From Clostridia bacterium (GTDB lineage Bacteria; Bacillota; Clostridia; Oscillospirales; CAG-272), in assembly GCA_024404505.1 (NCBI GenBank), contig JAKSPU010000003.1:1-60761 (forward strand): DNA of 60,761 nucleotides, written 5' to 3'. The notes below the pieces were generated by a model. That model was given only the letters and a program-made list of their open reading frames with translations, did no database searches and had not been told where the DNA came from. The translations under genes and the position numbers were made by a program. Positions 47,260 to 54,913 of this stretch are shown piece by piece (positions within the stretch are counted from its first letter, which is position 1; the number at the start of each line of letters is the position of its first letter).

Positions 47260-48417
47260 TCAGTTTTCTTCATCGCCCTCAAAGGCGGATATCTGTCCCT
47301 CGGGGCTTTCGCCTCCGATGGCGCCCTTGGGAGCGCGCAGACCGAGATGCTCGTAAGCGAGTCTTGTGACACAGCGTCCGCGGGGTGTGCGGTTGATGAA
47401 GCCGATCTGCATCAGATACGGCTCGTATACGTCCTCGATCGTCACAGCCTCCTCACCGATGGTCGCGGCCAGCGTGTCAAGACCGACAGGCCCGCCGCCG
47501 TAGAACTTGATGATGGACTGCATTAGCCTGCGGTCGGTGTTGTCAAGGCCGAGCTCGTCGATCTCAAGGCGGTCAAGTGCGTAGGAAGCCGAGGCTGCGT
47601 CGATCTCACGCTTGCCCTGCACCTGTGCGAAATCGCGCACGCGCTTGAGCAGACGATTGGCGATACGGGGCGTGCCTCTTGACCTCGACGCGAGCTCAAA
47701 AGCGCCGTCGTCGGAGATCGGGATACCGAGGATGTTCGCGCTTCTTTTGACGATCTGCGCTAACTGCTCGGGCGTGTACAGCTCCAGCTTGAACAGGACG
47801 CCGAAGCGGTCCCGGAGCGGCGTCGTCAGCTGACCGGCACGCGTCGTGGCGCCGATCAGGGTGAAATGCGGCAGGTCGATCCGGATACTGCGGGCGGCCG
47901 GTCCCTTGCCGATGATGATATCCAGCGCGAAATCCTCCATCGCGGGATACAGGATCTCCTCGACCATGCGGGGCAGACGGTGGATCTCGTCGATGAACAG
48001 CACGTCTCCCTCGTTGAGATTGGTCAGCAGCGCGGCCAGATCGCCCTGTTTTTCAATAGCGGGACCGGACGTCACGCGCAGATTGACACCCATCTCGGCG
48101 GCAATGATATTGGACAGCGTGGTCTTGCCGAGTCCGGGAGGGCCGTAGAGAAGGACGTGATCCAGCGACTCCTTGCGGAGCTTGGCGGACTCGATGAATA
48201 CGCGGAGGTTCTCCTTTACCTTATCCTGACCGATGTAATCCTCCAGGCGGCGCGGACGCAGGGAATTCTCGGCATCCTCGTCCCCGGGCGTGTACGTCGT
48301 TGAGACGACGCGGTTTTCAAAATCATAATCGTCCCCGGATCCGCTGTCCGCGTCCGGCAGCATATCTTCGTACGAAAGACCCGGATTCGTGTCAAATTCG
48401 TTTTCCTTTTTTTTCAT
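47260..48417 (-). CDS. ruvB: Holliday junction branch migration DNA helicase RuvB
   Basis: [12 protein letters not shown], Walker [18 protein letters not shown]. Acidic N- and C-terminal extensions. Confidence 0.95.
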   Translation of the reverse strand: MKKKENEFDTNPGLSYEDMLPDADSGSGDDYDFENRVVSTTYTPGDEDAENSLRPRRLEDYIGQDKVKENLRVFIESAKLRKESLDHVLLYGPPGLGKTTLSNIIAAEMGVNLRVTSGPAIEKQGDLAALLTNLNEGDVLFIDEIHRLPRMVEEILYPAMEDFALDIIIGKGPAARSIRIDLPHFTLIGATTRAGQLTTPLRDRFGVLFKLELYTPEQLAQIVKRSANILGIPISDDGAFELASRSRGTPRIANRLLKRVRDFAQVQGKREIDAASASYALDRLEIDELGLDNTDRRLMQSIIKFYGGGPVGLDTLAATIGEEAVTIEDVYEPYLMQIGFINRTPRGRCVTRLAYEHLGLRAPKGAIGGESPEGQISAFEGDEEN

Positions 48418-48436
48418 ACGCAGTTCCTTTCGGGAG

Positions 48437-49075
48437 TCAGTTCTTCATCAGCTGCTTCAGGGCCTGCTTGATGATGTCCTCAAGCGAGAGGGAGGTCACG
48501 TCGATGTTCTTGAGCGCGTTCTGCGCCTCTGCGCGGGAATATCCAAGCACGATGAGAGCGTCCTGCGCCTCGGACAGCTTGCCGCGTGCCGGCGCGTCGG
48601 CGGTCTCGTTCGTATGATCCGTGATCGCCTTTGAAAGATCGTCGTCGTCCATGCTGGTTTCCTTCATCAGCTTGTCGCGCAGCTCAAGGATGATGCGCGC
48701 GGCGGTCTTGGGACCGACACCCTGTGCCTTGGAAATCGCCTTCTTGTCCTCGGTGCATACGGCAAGAGCAAATTTTTCGGGCGTCATCTGGGACAGGATG
48801 GCCATGGCGGCCTTCGGACCTACGCCGGAGACCGAAAGAAGCATCCGGAAGGACGCAAGCTCCCGCTCGTTGCCGAAGCCGTACAGCTCGATCCCGTCCT
48901 CGCGGACGGAGAAATAGGTGTACAGCAGCACCTCCTTCGGATCGGAAAGAGAGGCGCGGGGCAGGGAACGCCAAGTCGTTTCGCTGACGGTCAGCTTATA
49001 GCCGACGCCGCCTGCTTCGACCACCGCCATGGTGGGATTGGATACGGTCAGGCCGCCTTTGATGTAGTAGAACAT
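48437..49075 (-). CDS. ruvA: Holliday junction branch migration complex subunit RuvA
   Basis: [11 protein letters not shown]..., HhH region [16 protein letters not shown] ... [12 protein letters not shown]. Confidence 0.95.
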   Translation of the reverse strand: MFYYIKGGLTVSNPTMAVVEAGGVGYKLTVSETTWRSLPRASLSDPKEVLLYTYFSVREDGIELYGFGNERELASFRMLLSVSGVGPKAAMAILSQMTPEKFALAVCTEDKKAISKAQGVGPKTAARIILELRDKLMKETSMDDDDLSKAITDHTNETADAPARGKLSEAQDALIVLGYSRAEAQNALKNIDVTSLSLEDIIKQALKQLMKN

Positions 49076-49124
49076 ATCGTCTCCTCATCCGCGTCACCGG
49101 TATGCCCGGTGACGCATCATTACC

Positions 49125-52100
49125 TTACTTTTTCTTGCTTATCCGGCTGTTCTGCTTTTTGACCGCGGAGTCCTTGTCAGCCGGCTTGCCGTCGGAGGCG
49201 GGCTTTTTGGGCGGGATGCGGAACGGCTTCTCGTCCGCGTTGGACGGGACCGTGTGATCGACCGGCTCCGTGAACGCTCCGGGTTCACCGAGATCACCGG
49301 GTTCAAGGCCCTTGCGCTCCTCTGCGGACTCAACGGGAGGCAGATCCTCGCCGGGAACGGCGAACACGACCTTCAGAAGCGGGATCTTCTTCAGCAGGGG
49401 ATACAGGATGCACAGCAGGATGAACACGACCGTACAAACGATTGAGCAGATGATGCCGAGTCTGACGACCGCGGGCATATACTTCATTTCGATCGTATGC
49501 TCACCTGCGCCGTCGATATGGAACGCGATCAGCGCGTCGGAGGTCTTGAAGATGTCGACCTTTTCACCGTCGACGAATACGTTCCAGCCCTCGTCCCACG
49601 CGATGGTGGTCGCCATCGTCTGGACGGCTTCCTGCGTGGTCACCGTACCGAAGATATGATCGTCCGTGGATTCGGGGTCGATCTGCATATTCATGGCCTG
49701 CAGCCGCGGGAATACCTCGGTGAAGACGTCCCAGTCGATATAGTACACGTAGGAATCGTAGGGATGCAGATCACCGGACTGCTTGATATACAGGTTGTTG
49801 GAGGAATTCTTGATGGTCATCTCCAGCGTGAGAGAGGTGCTCGTGGATTTGCCGATGGAAGCAATGCGGCGGTAGCTGGACTCCGAGCTTCCGTAGAAGC
49901 CGCCCTTGGAGGTGCCGTTGACCTTGAGCGTGACCTCACGCGGGTAATCGGACGGGAAGAACACGAACAACTCCTTATCGGTCGGGACCTCGTAGTTGAT
50001 CGTTACGGTCGCCTTGTCGGCGGTGTTGGTGATCACCCACTTGTGATGGCCCGCAATGGTGGAGTAATCGCAGTTGACGCACTTGGCGTCCTTGGTTTCA
50101 ACGGTCTGGGGAACGGTCTTGAAGATCTCGATCAGTTCGTCTTCACCCAGCATCGCCGTGACCAAGGCGTTCAGCTGATCCATCGGCGTATCGAAGATCC
50201 AATCCTTGTCTCCGTCATCGTCCAGCCCGTAAACGTCGAACGTGTCGTACGCCTCGCTGACGCCGAACACGAGCGAAAGCGCGTAGGGATTGAGATAAAC
50301 GTCGGGATTGTTGACGGGCGTCAGGTCCTCATCATACTCGAACGTATCGTTCGGGTACAGCGCGTTACCGTAATAATCGACGTTCACCTTATCGTCGGAA
50401 ACAAGGTACTTGATGCCCATGATGGAGTCGCTGACCGGGTTGCCGCCGCAGTATTTGGACCAGTGGGACGTACCGGCATAACCCATCGTGCCGAGGAAGT
50501 CGATGGTGTCACGGTTGAGCGTGGACGTCGAGCAGGAAAGGCCCTTGAATTTGAGGGAGAAGTTATCGTTCGTCTTGCGGTGATAGATCTTTTCGGTGCG
50601 GTAGAAGCCGTCGTCGTTCTCACGTATCGTTTCGGAGATCGGCAGGAAGGTCTTCAGGAAATCGTTGTAGCGGGAATACTTGGAGTAGGTGACGTCCTTG
50701 TCAAACGCGTTCATTTCGCTCAGTCCGCTGAGGAAGGTCTCGACGCAAACGAAGAACGCGAGGATGATGCCGACGGTCTCGCGGCTGCGGAAGTCGGAGG
50801 CCTGTACGGAGATCAGCACGTAGTAGACGGCGAGGCATCCGAGCGCCAGCCAGATCGTGGCAAAGGGACGGATCTTGATATACTCGTTCTGCTCGGTCAG
50901 GTAGTCGCCCATCTTCTGGATGACGAGGATGATCAGCGCCCACGCCGCCGTGACTGCCAGCAGCGACTTCCGGGATACGTACCTGATCTCACAGAACGCG
51001 CGGTACGCCAGCACCAGCAGGAAGAAGCAAAGCATGAAGGAGTAGCGGTAGTTGAGCCAGTTGGGCTTCTGGAAGCCGTGCCAGATCAGGTCGATCGTCG
51101 AGGTGGCGAAGGAGACGACGAAGAACAGGATGAAGCAGCCGGCAGCGATCTTCTCGCGGTCGGAGAATTTCTTGCACAGGAAGAACGCGGGAACGAGCAG
51201 CAGCGTCAGCGTGCCGCAGTAGATGAACGGAAGCCCTGCGGGACGCACGGTATCGTAAGAGGAGGGCAGCAGCTTGTACAGCAGCTCGATCAGGTCGAAG
51301 CGCTGCTCGACCGCCCAGCTCGGATTCGAGAATTCGTCCTTACCGAAGGCCAGAGAGTAGCGTGCGGAGAGGATCGCGAGCGATGCCATACCGGCAGCCA
51401 GCAGGGACCAGAGGATCACGCGCCCGACGGAACGCGTAAAGTGGTTCTTTTCGCCGGTGGGGTTGTTCTCGTTGTTCTGATTGTGTGCGAAATACCAGTA
51501 GAAGCAGTATGCGACGGTGTAGATGCACACCATGTATCCGATGTAGAAGTTGGAGAACAGGGTCAGCGCCAGCACGAAGGCGTACAGGCGGAATTTTCCG
51601 TACTTGATCAGCTCCTCGATGGCGTAGGTCAGAATAGGCAGCCACAGCATCGCGTCGATCCACATGGAGTTGTGCTGCTGGACGACGGCGTAGGTGCAGA
51701 GCGCGTACAGGATGGAGATGATCACGACAGCCAGCCGGTTGGGGTTTCCCTTGCTGATCTTGTGGAGGTAGAAGCCCATGTTGAAGCCGAGCAGACCCGT
51801 CTTCAGGAGGAACAGTACGAGCAGGGCCTCGAGCATCCGCGTCTCGGGGAACAACGCGATCAGCCACGCGAAGGGACTTGCAACGTAGTAGTCGAAAATA
51901 CCGAGGAATTCACCGCCCATGTTCCGGCAGAACGTGTACAGAAGGCTTGCGTCGCCCTTCAGCACGTCCCGGAGACCGTGGTAGAAAGCGGAATACTGTC
52001 CGTTGAGGTCCAGCACCAGCACGCAGCCGTCGCCGAACGGATATATCTCCTTCGCAAGGTACAGAAGATACATCAGCACGACGGGAATGAGCGCACCGAT

Positions 52101-52277
52101 CAGCAGGTACCCGTATTCGGCAAGCCAATCCTGCGCGGCGAACACGGCACGGCTGAAGAGCGTGTCCCGCGCGCGGCCCGTTTTCGGCTTCGGCATCTCT
52201 TCATTGAGGAAGGTGTCTGCGGTCGGGGTTTCCGTATCCTTTACGATATTTTCGTTCTGATTCTGATCCATTTCCAT
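49125..52277 (-). CDS. YfhO family membrane protein (putative glycosyltransferase), 1050 aa
   Basis: Many TM helices in the N-terminal two-thirds with YfhO-like motifs (YPFGDGCVLVLDLNGQY, NMGGEFLG), a large extracytoplasmic domain, a terminal TM and a basic tail. Confidence 0.75.
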   Translation of the reverse strand: MEMDQNQNENIVKDTETPTADTFLNEEMPKPKTGRARDTLFSRAVFAAQDWLAEYGYLLIGALIPVVLMYLLYLAKEIYPFGDGCVLVLDLNGQYSAFYHGLRDVLKGDASLLYTFCRNMGGEFLGIFDYYVASPFAWLIALFPETRMLEALLVLFLLKTGLLGFNMGFYLHKISKGNPNRLAVVIISILYALCTYAVVQQHNSMWIDAMLWLPILTYAIEELIKYGKFRLYAFVLALTLFSNFYIGYMVCIYTVAYCFYWYFAHNQNNENNPTGEKNHFTRSVGRVILWSLLAAGMASLAILSARYSLAFGKDEFSNPSWAVEQRFDLIELLYKLLPSSYDTVRPAGLPFIYCGTLTLLLVPAFFLCKKFSDREKIAAGCFILFFVVSFATSTIDLIWHGFQKPNWLNYRYSFMLCFFLLVLAYRAFCEIRYVSRKSLLAVTAAWALIILVIQKMGDYLTEQNEYIKIRPFATIWLALGCLAVYYVLISVQASDFRSRETVGIILAFFVCVETFLSGLSEMNAFDKDVTYSKYSRYNDFLKTFLPISETIRENDDGFYRTEKIYHRKTNDNFSLKFKGLSCSTSTLNRDTIDFLGTMGYAGTSHWSKYCGGNPVSDSIMGIKYLVSDDKVNVDYYGNALYPNDTFEYDEDLTPVNNPDVYLNPYALSLVFGVSEAYDTFDVYGLDDDGDKDWIFDTPMDQLNALVTAMLGEDELIEIFKTVPQTVETKDAKCVNCDYSTIAGHHKWVITNTADKATVTINYEVPTDKELFVFFPSDYPREVTLKVNGTSKGGFYGSSESSYRRIASIGKSTSTSLTLEMTIKNSSNNLYIKQSGDLHPYDSYVYYIDWDVFTEVFPRLQAMNMQIDPESTDDHIFGTVTTQEAVQTMATTIAWDEGWNVFVDGEKVDIFKTSDALIAFHIDGAGEHTIEMKYMPAVVRLGIICSIVCTVVFILLCILYPLLKKIPLLKVVFAVPGEDLPPVESAEERKGLEPGDLGEPGAFTEPVDHTVPSNADEKPFRIPPKKPASDGKPADKDSAVKKQNSRISKKK

Positions 52278-52306
52278 TTCAGTCCTTTCTTATCTGTCGG
52301 GTCTTA

Positions 52307-52525
52307 TCACTCGGCGTCAGCCGGCACGTCGGCCGGGGACGCGGGGAAGACCTTTCTGACGGCTTTTTCAAGCCTGACTCTTTCCATGACCATATCGCGC
52401 CCGCAGGCCTCGCACACGACGCGGACCTCGCTGCCGACGCGCATCACCTTGAATCTTTTGTTCCCGCAGGGATGCGGCTTTTTCAATTCCAGAATATCCC
52501 CCGGATTCATCCTGATGATCTGCAT
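52307..52525 (-). CDS. DUF951 family small protein
   Basis: 72 aa. GDILELKKPHPCG...VVCEACGRD zinc-ribbon-like pattern typical of DUF951; GGAGGA RBS. Confidence 0.8.
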   Translation of the reverse strand: MQIIRMNPGDILELKKPHPCGNKRFKVMRVGSEVRVVCEACGRDMVMERVRLEKAVRKVFPASPADVPADAE

Positions 52526-52693
52526 AAAGACGTATCCTCCGTCCGGCCTTGTCGGCCGGAAAACATTCTTATTTATTATAACACAAATAAAATGATTTGT
52601 AAACCCATTTACGGAATTTCACAAATAAGTCATATATAGTCTGTCCCCGTATCCGGCGTCCCGGCAAAGGGCCGACTTTTTTCACCTTTCGTA

Positions 52694-52722
52694 TTGACAA
52701 AAACGCAAAAAAATGATATACT
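52694..52722 (+). promoter_or_regulatory. SigmaA-type promoter for tRNA-Leu
   Basis: TTGACA (52694-52699), 17-nt spacer, TATACT (52717-52722). Confidence 0.7.
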
Positions 52723-52756
52723 TTCAAAAAGCTTTGTTTATGCAGGTGTGGTCAAT

Positions 52757-52841
52757 GCGGGTATGGCGGAATTGGCAGACGCGCCGGATTTAGGATCCGG
52801 TTCCTCACGGAATGCAGGTTCAAGTCCTGTTACCCGCACCA
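52757..52841 (+). tRNA. tRNA-Leu (anticodon TAG), CCA encoded
   Basis: Hand-folded cloverleaf: acceptor GCGGGTA/TACCCGC, anticodon stem CCGGA/TCCGG with loop TTTAGGA, long variable arm TTCC-tcac-GGAA, T-arm GCAGG-TTCAAGT-CCTGT, and 3' ACCA. Confidence 0.9.
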
Positions 52842-52888
52842 ACAAAAAAACATCTTTTGTCTACCAAGACAAATGAGGCTTTTTACAA

Positions 52889-53059
52889 CGAAATTTGCCC
52901 TGCGGGCAAGTGAAATAGCTTCGCTGTGAAATATTTGCTTCGCAAATGTGAAATGTTCGCTGACGCGAACGTGGCAAATTTCATTTCACGTCGAGGCGGA
53001 GCCGAGACATTTCACAATGCCGAAGGCATTATTTCACATCGGCGGAGCCGATATTTCAC
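52889..53059. repeat. Mirror-symmetric array of 7 short variable-stem hairpins separated by the heptamer GTGAAAT (left half) / ATTTCAC (right half)
   Basis: GTGAAAT at 52910, 52926 and 52948 (degenerate GTGgcAAAT at 52971). ATTTCAC at 52983, 53009, 53031 and 53053. Hairpins: TTGCCC-tgc-GGGCAA, AGC-ttc-GCT, ATTTGC-ttc-GCAAAT, GTTCGC-tgac-GCGAAC, GTCgaGGC-gga-GCCgaGAC, AATGCC-gaa-GGCATT, ATCGGC-gga-GCCGAT. Confidence 0.85.
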
Positions 53060-53066
53060 TTATCAT

Positions 53067-53108
53067 GCCCCCGATACCCGTCAGCAGTCGGAAGTCGAGG
53101 GCTTTTTT
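53067..53108 (+). terminator. Candidate intrinsic terminator closing the tRNA-Leu/hairpin-array transcription unit
   Basis: GCCCCCGA (53067-53074) pairs with TCGAGGGC (53095-53102) with one mismatch and a 20-nt loop, followed by TTTTTT (53103-53108). Confidence 0.45.
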
Positions 53109-53120
53109 GCGCAAAACCGG

Positions 53121-53149
53121 TTGAAAAGTTCACGAAATTGTGTTATAAT
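53121..53149 (+). promoter_or_regulatory. SigmaA-type promoter (extended -10) for the AT-rich orphan gene
   Basis: TTGAAA (53121-53126), 17-nt spacer ending TGt, TATAAT (53144-53149). Confidence 0.65.
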
Positions 53150-53182
53150 GATCTCGATAAATCAGAATTTGCGGAGGCAAGA

Positions 53183-53671
53183 ATGAAGTATAAAAAAGAA
53201 CGCGGACAGTTTCGGAAAATGAGAAGACTGTTAATAAATATTGAGAAAATTATTCCGTATGAGAATACCGAAAGAAGCTATGAGCATTTTCACGTTCCGT
53301 CCGATCCGTTTATTTCATCTCCCAAAACAAGTGGCAAAATAAAAACAACATTCTGCAAAGCATGGCTGAAAAAAACAGTCGAAATCATGGAGCAAAAGCC
53401 AAAATCGTTGCCATTTTGCAAGGTGGTTTCTTGCATTGTTGAGAATGATCTTTGGAGTTCGCAGATTATTATTTTCTACGATGAAGAATATTATAACAAC
53501 TTTTGGAAAAGGGATACGTCGGATCAAACTTGGGTTCCAATTTCAACCCCAAAATCATTTGCTTCTGAACGAAAAATAATCACTTCTTTGAATGAAAAAG
53601 GGTATTTTGAAAAAATAAATGATGGAGAAACATTAAGCACATCTGTCATATGGTTTTATGGTGATATATAA
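53183..53671 (+). CDS. Hypothetical protein, AT-rich orphan gene (possibly DUF3916-like)
   Basis: ATG at 53183 lies 7 nt after GGAGG. 162 aa. About one-third GC in the first 100 nt by hand count, against GC-rich flanks. Pattern HFHVP...LWSSQIIIFYDEEYYNNFWKRD...WVPI resembles my memory of Bacillus DUF3916 proteins (unverified). Confidence 0.6.
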   Translation: MKYKKERGQFRKMRRLLINIEKIIPYENTERSYEHFHVPSDPFISSPKTSGKIKTTFCKAWLKKTVEIMEQKPKSLPFCKVVSCIVENDLWSSQIIIFYDEEYYNNFWKRDTSDQTWVPISTPKSFASERKIITSLNEKGYFEKINDGETLSTSVIWFYGDI

Positions 53672-53721
53672 AACAAAAAGGACATTGACAAATCCCGGTT
53701 TGGCGAGCAGACAGCCTCGTG

Positions 53722-53763
53722 TACCTTTTGGTCTGTTTTTGTTTGAAAATATACCTTTTGGTC
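53722..53763 (+). repeat. 12-bp perfect direct repeat TACCTTTTGGTC x2 upstream of the lipid-kinase gene
   Basis: Copies at 53722-53733 and 53752-53763 (15 bp with one mismatch), 30-bp period. Confidence 0.7.
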
Positions 53764-53816
53764 AGTCTTTGGCAAATAGCAGATGTATTGAAATAACCAT
53801 CCCGGAGGAAACAAGT

Positions 53817-54719
53817 ATGTCAACCTATTATGTCCTCTCCAACCCGAAGGCCGACAGCGGCCGCGGGACCGAAAACGCCCACAAACTCGACAGCATCCTG
53901 AGCGGACATACCCTGATCTATGCCGACGTGACGCAGATCAACGACATGAAGTCCTACATAAGCGGTCTTCCTGCCGATGCCGCCGTCATACTCTGCGGAG
54001 GAGACGGTACGCTGAATCATTTCATCAACGATATCGACTCCAAGGATCCCGGACGGGATATCTACCTGTTCGGCACGGGCACCGGCAACGATTTCATGAA
54101 GGATATCGGGCATGAGCCGGAGACAGAGCCCGTACTGATCAATCAATACATCGTCGACCTGCCGACCATCACGGTCAACGGCATGACGCGCTACTTCATC
54201 AACGGTATCGGCTACGGCATAGACGGCTACTGCTGCGAGGAGGGCGACCGTATCCGTACGAAAACGGATAAGCCCATCAACTACACCACCATTGCCGTCA
54301 AAGGCCTCCTGTACGCCTATAAACGCGTCAGCGCGGAGGTCACGGTAGACGGCGTCACCACGAAGCATACCAAGGTCTGGCTCGCGCCGAGCATGAAGGG
54401 CCGCTTCTTCGGCGGCGGCATGATGTGCGCGCCCACGCAGAAAAGGCTTGATCCGGAACACAAGGTCTCCGTCATGATCATGAGGAGCGTGTCCAAGCTC
54501 AAGGCGCTGGTCGTTTTCCCGTCCATCTTCAAGGGAAATCATATCCGGCATACCGAGATGGTCACTATCCGCCAGGGACACGACGTATCCGTCGTCTTTG
54601 ACAAGCCCACCGCCCTGCAGATCGACGGCGAGACCGTGCTGAACGTGCAGGAATACACCGTGACCACCCGGTACGGCAGCACACAAAAGCAGGAAAATAA
54701 GGAATACGCCGGCGTATAA
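53817..54719 (+). CDS. Diacylglycerol/lipid kinase family protein (YegS/BmrU-type)
   Basis: Start at MSTYYVLSNPKADSGRG (GGAGGAA RBS). Motifs GGDGTLNHFIN and GTGNDF. Confidence 0.85.
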   Translation: MSTYYVLSNPKADSGRGTENAHKLDSILSGHTLIYADVTQINDMKSYISGLPADAAVILCGGDGTLNHFINDIDSKDPGRDIYLFGTGTGNDFMKDIGHEPETEPVLINQYIVDLPTITVNGMTRYFINGIGYGIDGYCCEEGDRIRTKTDKPINYTTIAVKGLLYAYKRVSAEVTVDGVTTKHTKVWLAPSMKGRFFGGGMMCAPTQKRLDPEHKVSVMIMRSVSKLKALVVFPSIFKGNHIRHTEMVTIRQGHDVSVVFDKPTALQIDGETVLNVQEYTVTTRYGSTQKQENKEYAGV

Positions 54720-54730
54720 ACAATGTGAAA

Positions 54731-54757
54731 GGGACCGCAGAGCGGCCCCTTTTCTTT
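54731..54757 (+). terminator. Intrinsic terminator after the lipid-kinase gene
   Basis: GGGaCCGC-aga-GCGGcCCC followed by TTTTCTTTT. Confidence 0.7.
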
Positions 54758-54815
54758 TCCGCCGGTCACGGGAAGACCGAACGGATTTTGGTTGAATCTG
54801 TTCATAAGTTATGTA

Positions 54816-54844
54816 TTGACAAGCAGGCGAAAAAATGCTATCAT
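54816..54844 (+). promoter_or_regulatory. SigmaA-type promoter for clpE
   Basis: TTGACA (54816-54821), 17-nt spacer, TATCAT (54839-54844). The 5' UTR contains a GAGCA-ttttt-TGCTC hairpin. Confidence 0.65.
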
Positions 54845-54913
54845 ATATTTTGGAGCATTTTTTGCTCACCATTTATAGATCAACGATCGCACACACGGGA
54901 GAAATAACAAAGT

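Noticed and set aside
52889-53059. Possible CRISPR array or integron attC sites at the hairpin array.
   Set aside because: The constant element is only 7 nt and the variable elements are themselves palindromes of 9-19 nt. The orientation flips at the centre. No cas or integrase gene is in the window. Neither the CRISPR repeat-spacer geometry nor the attC R/L box architecture fits.
52926-53186. 86-aa ORF (MKYLLRKCEMFADANV...) spanning the hairpin array.
   Set aside because: The reading frame runs through a symmetric array of palindromes. It has no RBS, and the peptide is an artefact of the repeated GTGAAAT/ATTTCAC units. Its end overlaps the promoter and start of the AT-rich gene in another frame.
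52757-54719. Integrated prophage or genomic island at tRNA-Leu.
   Set aside because: No integrase, recombinase or phage genes are present. Only one AT-rich gene of about 0.5 kb is present, and I saw no duplicated tRNA 3' end. It is reported instead as a mini-islet of uncertain origin.
54720-54913. CtsR operator or other heat-shock element upstream of clpE.
   Set aside because: No GGTCAAA-NAN-GGTCAAA repeat or CIRCE-like inverted repeat was found by eye. Only a sigmaA promoter and a small GAGCA/TGCTC hairpin are present.
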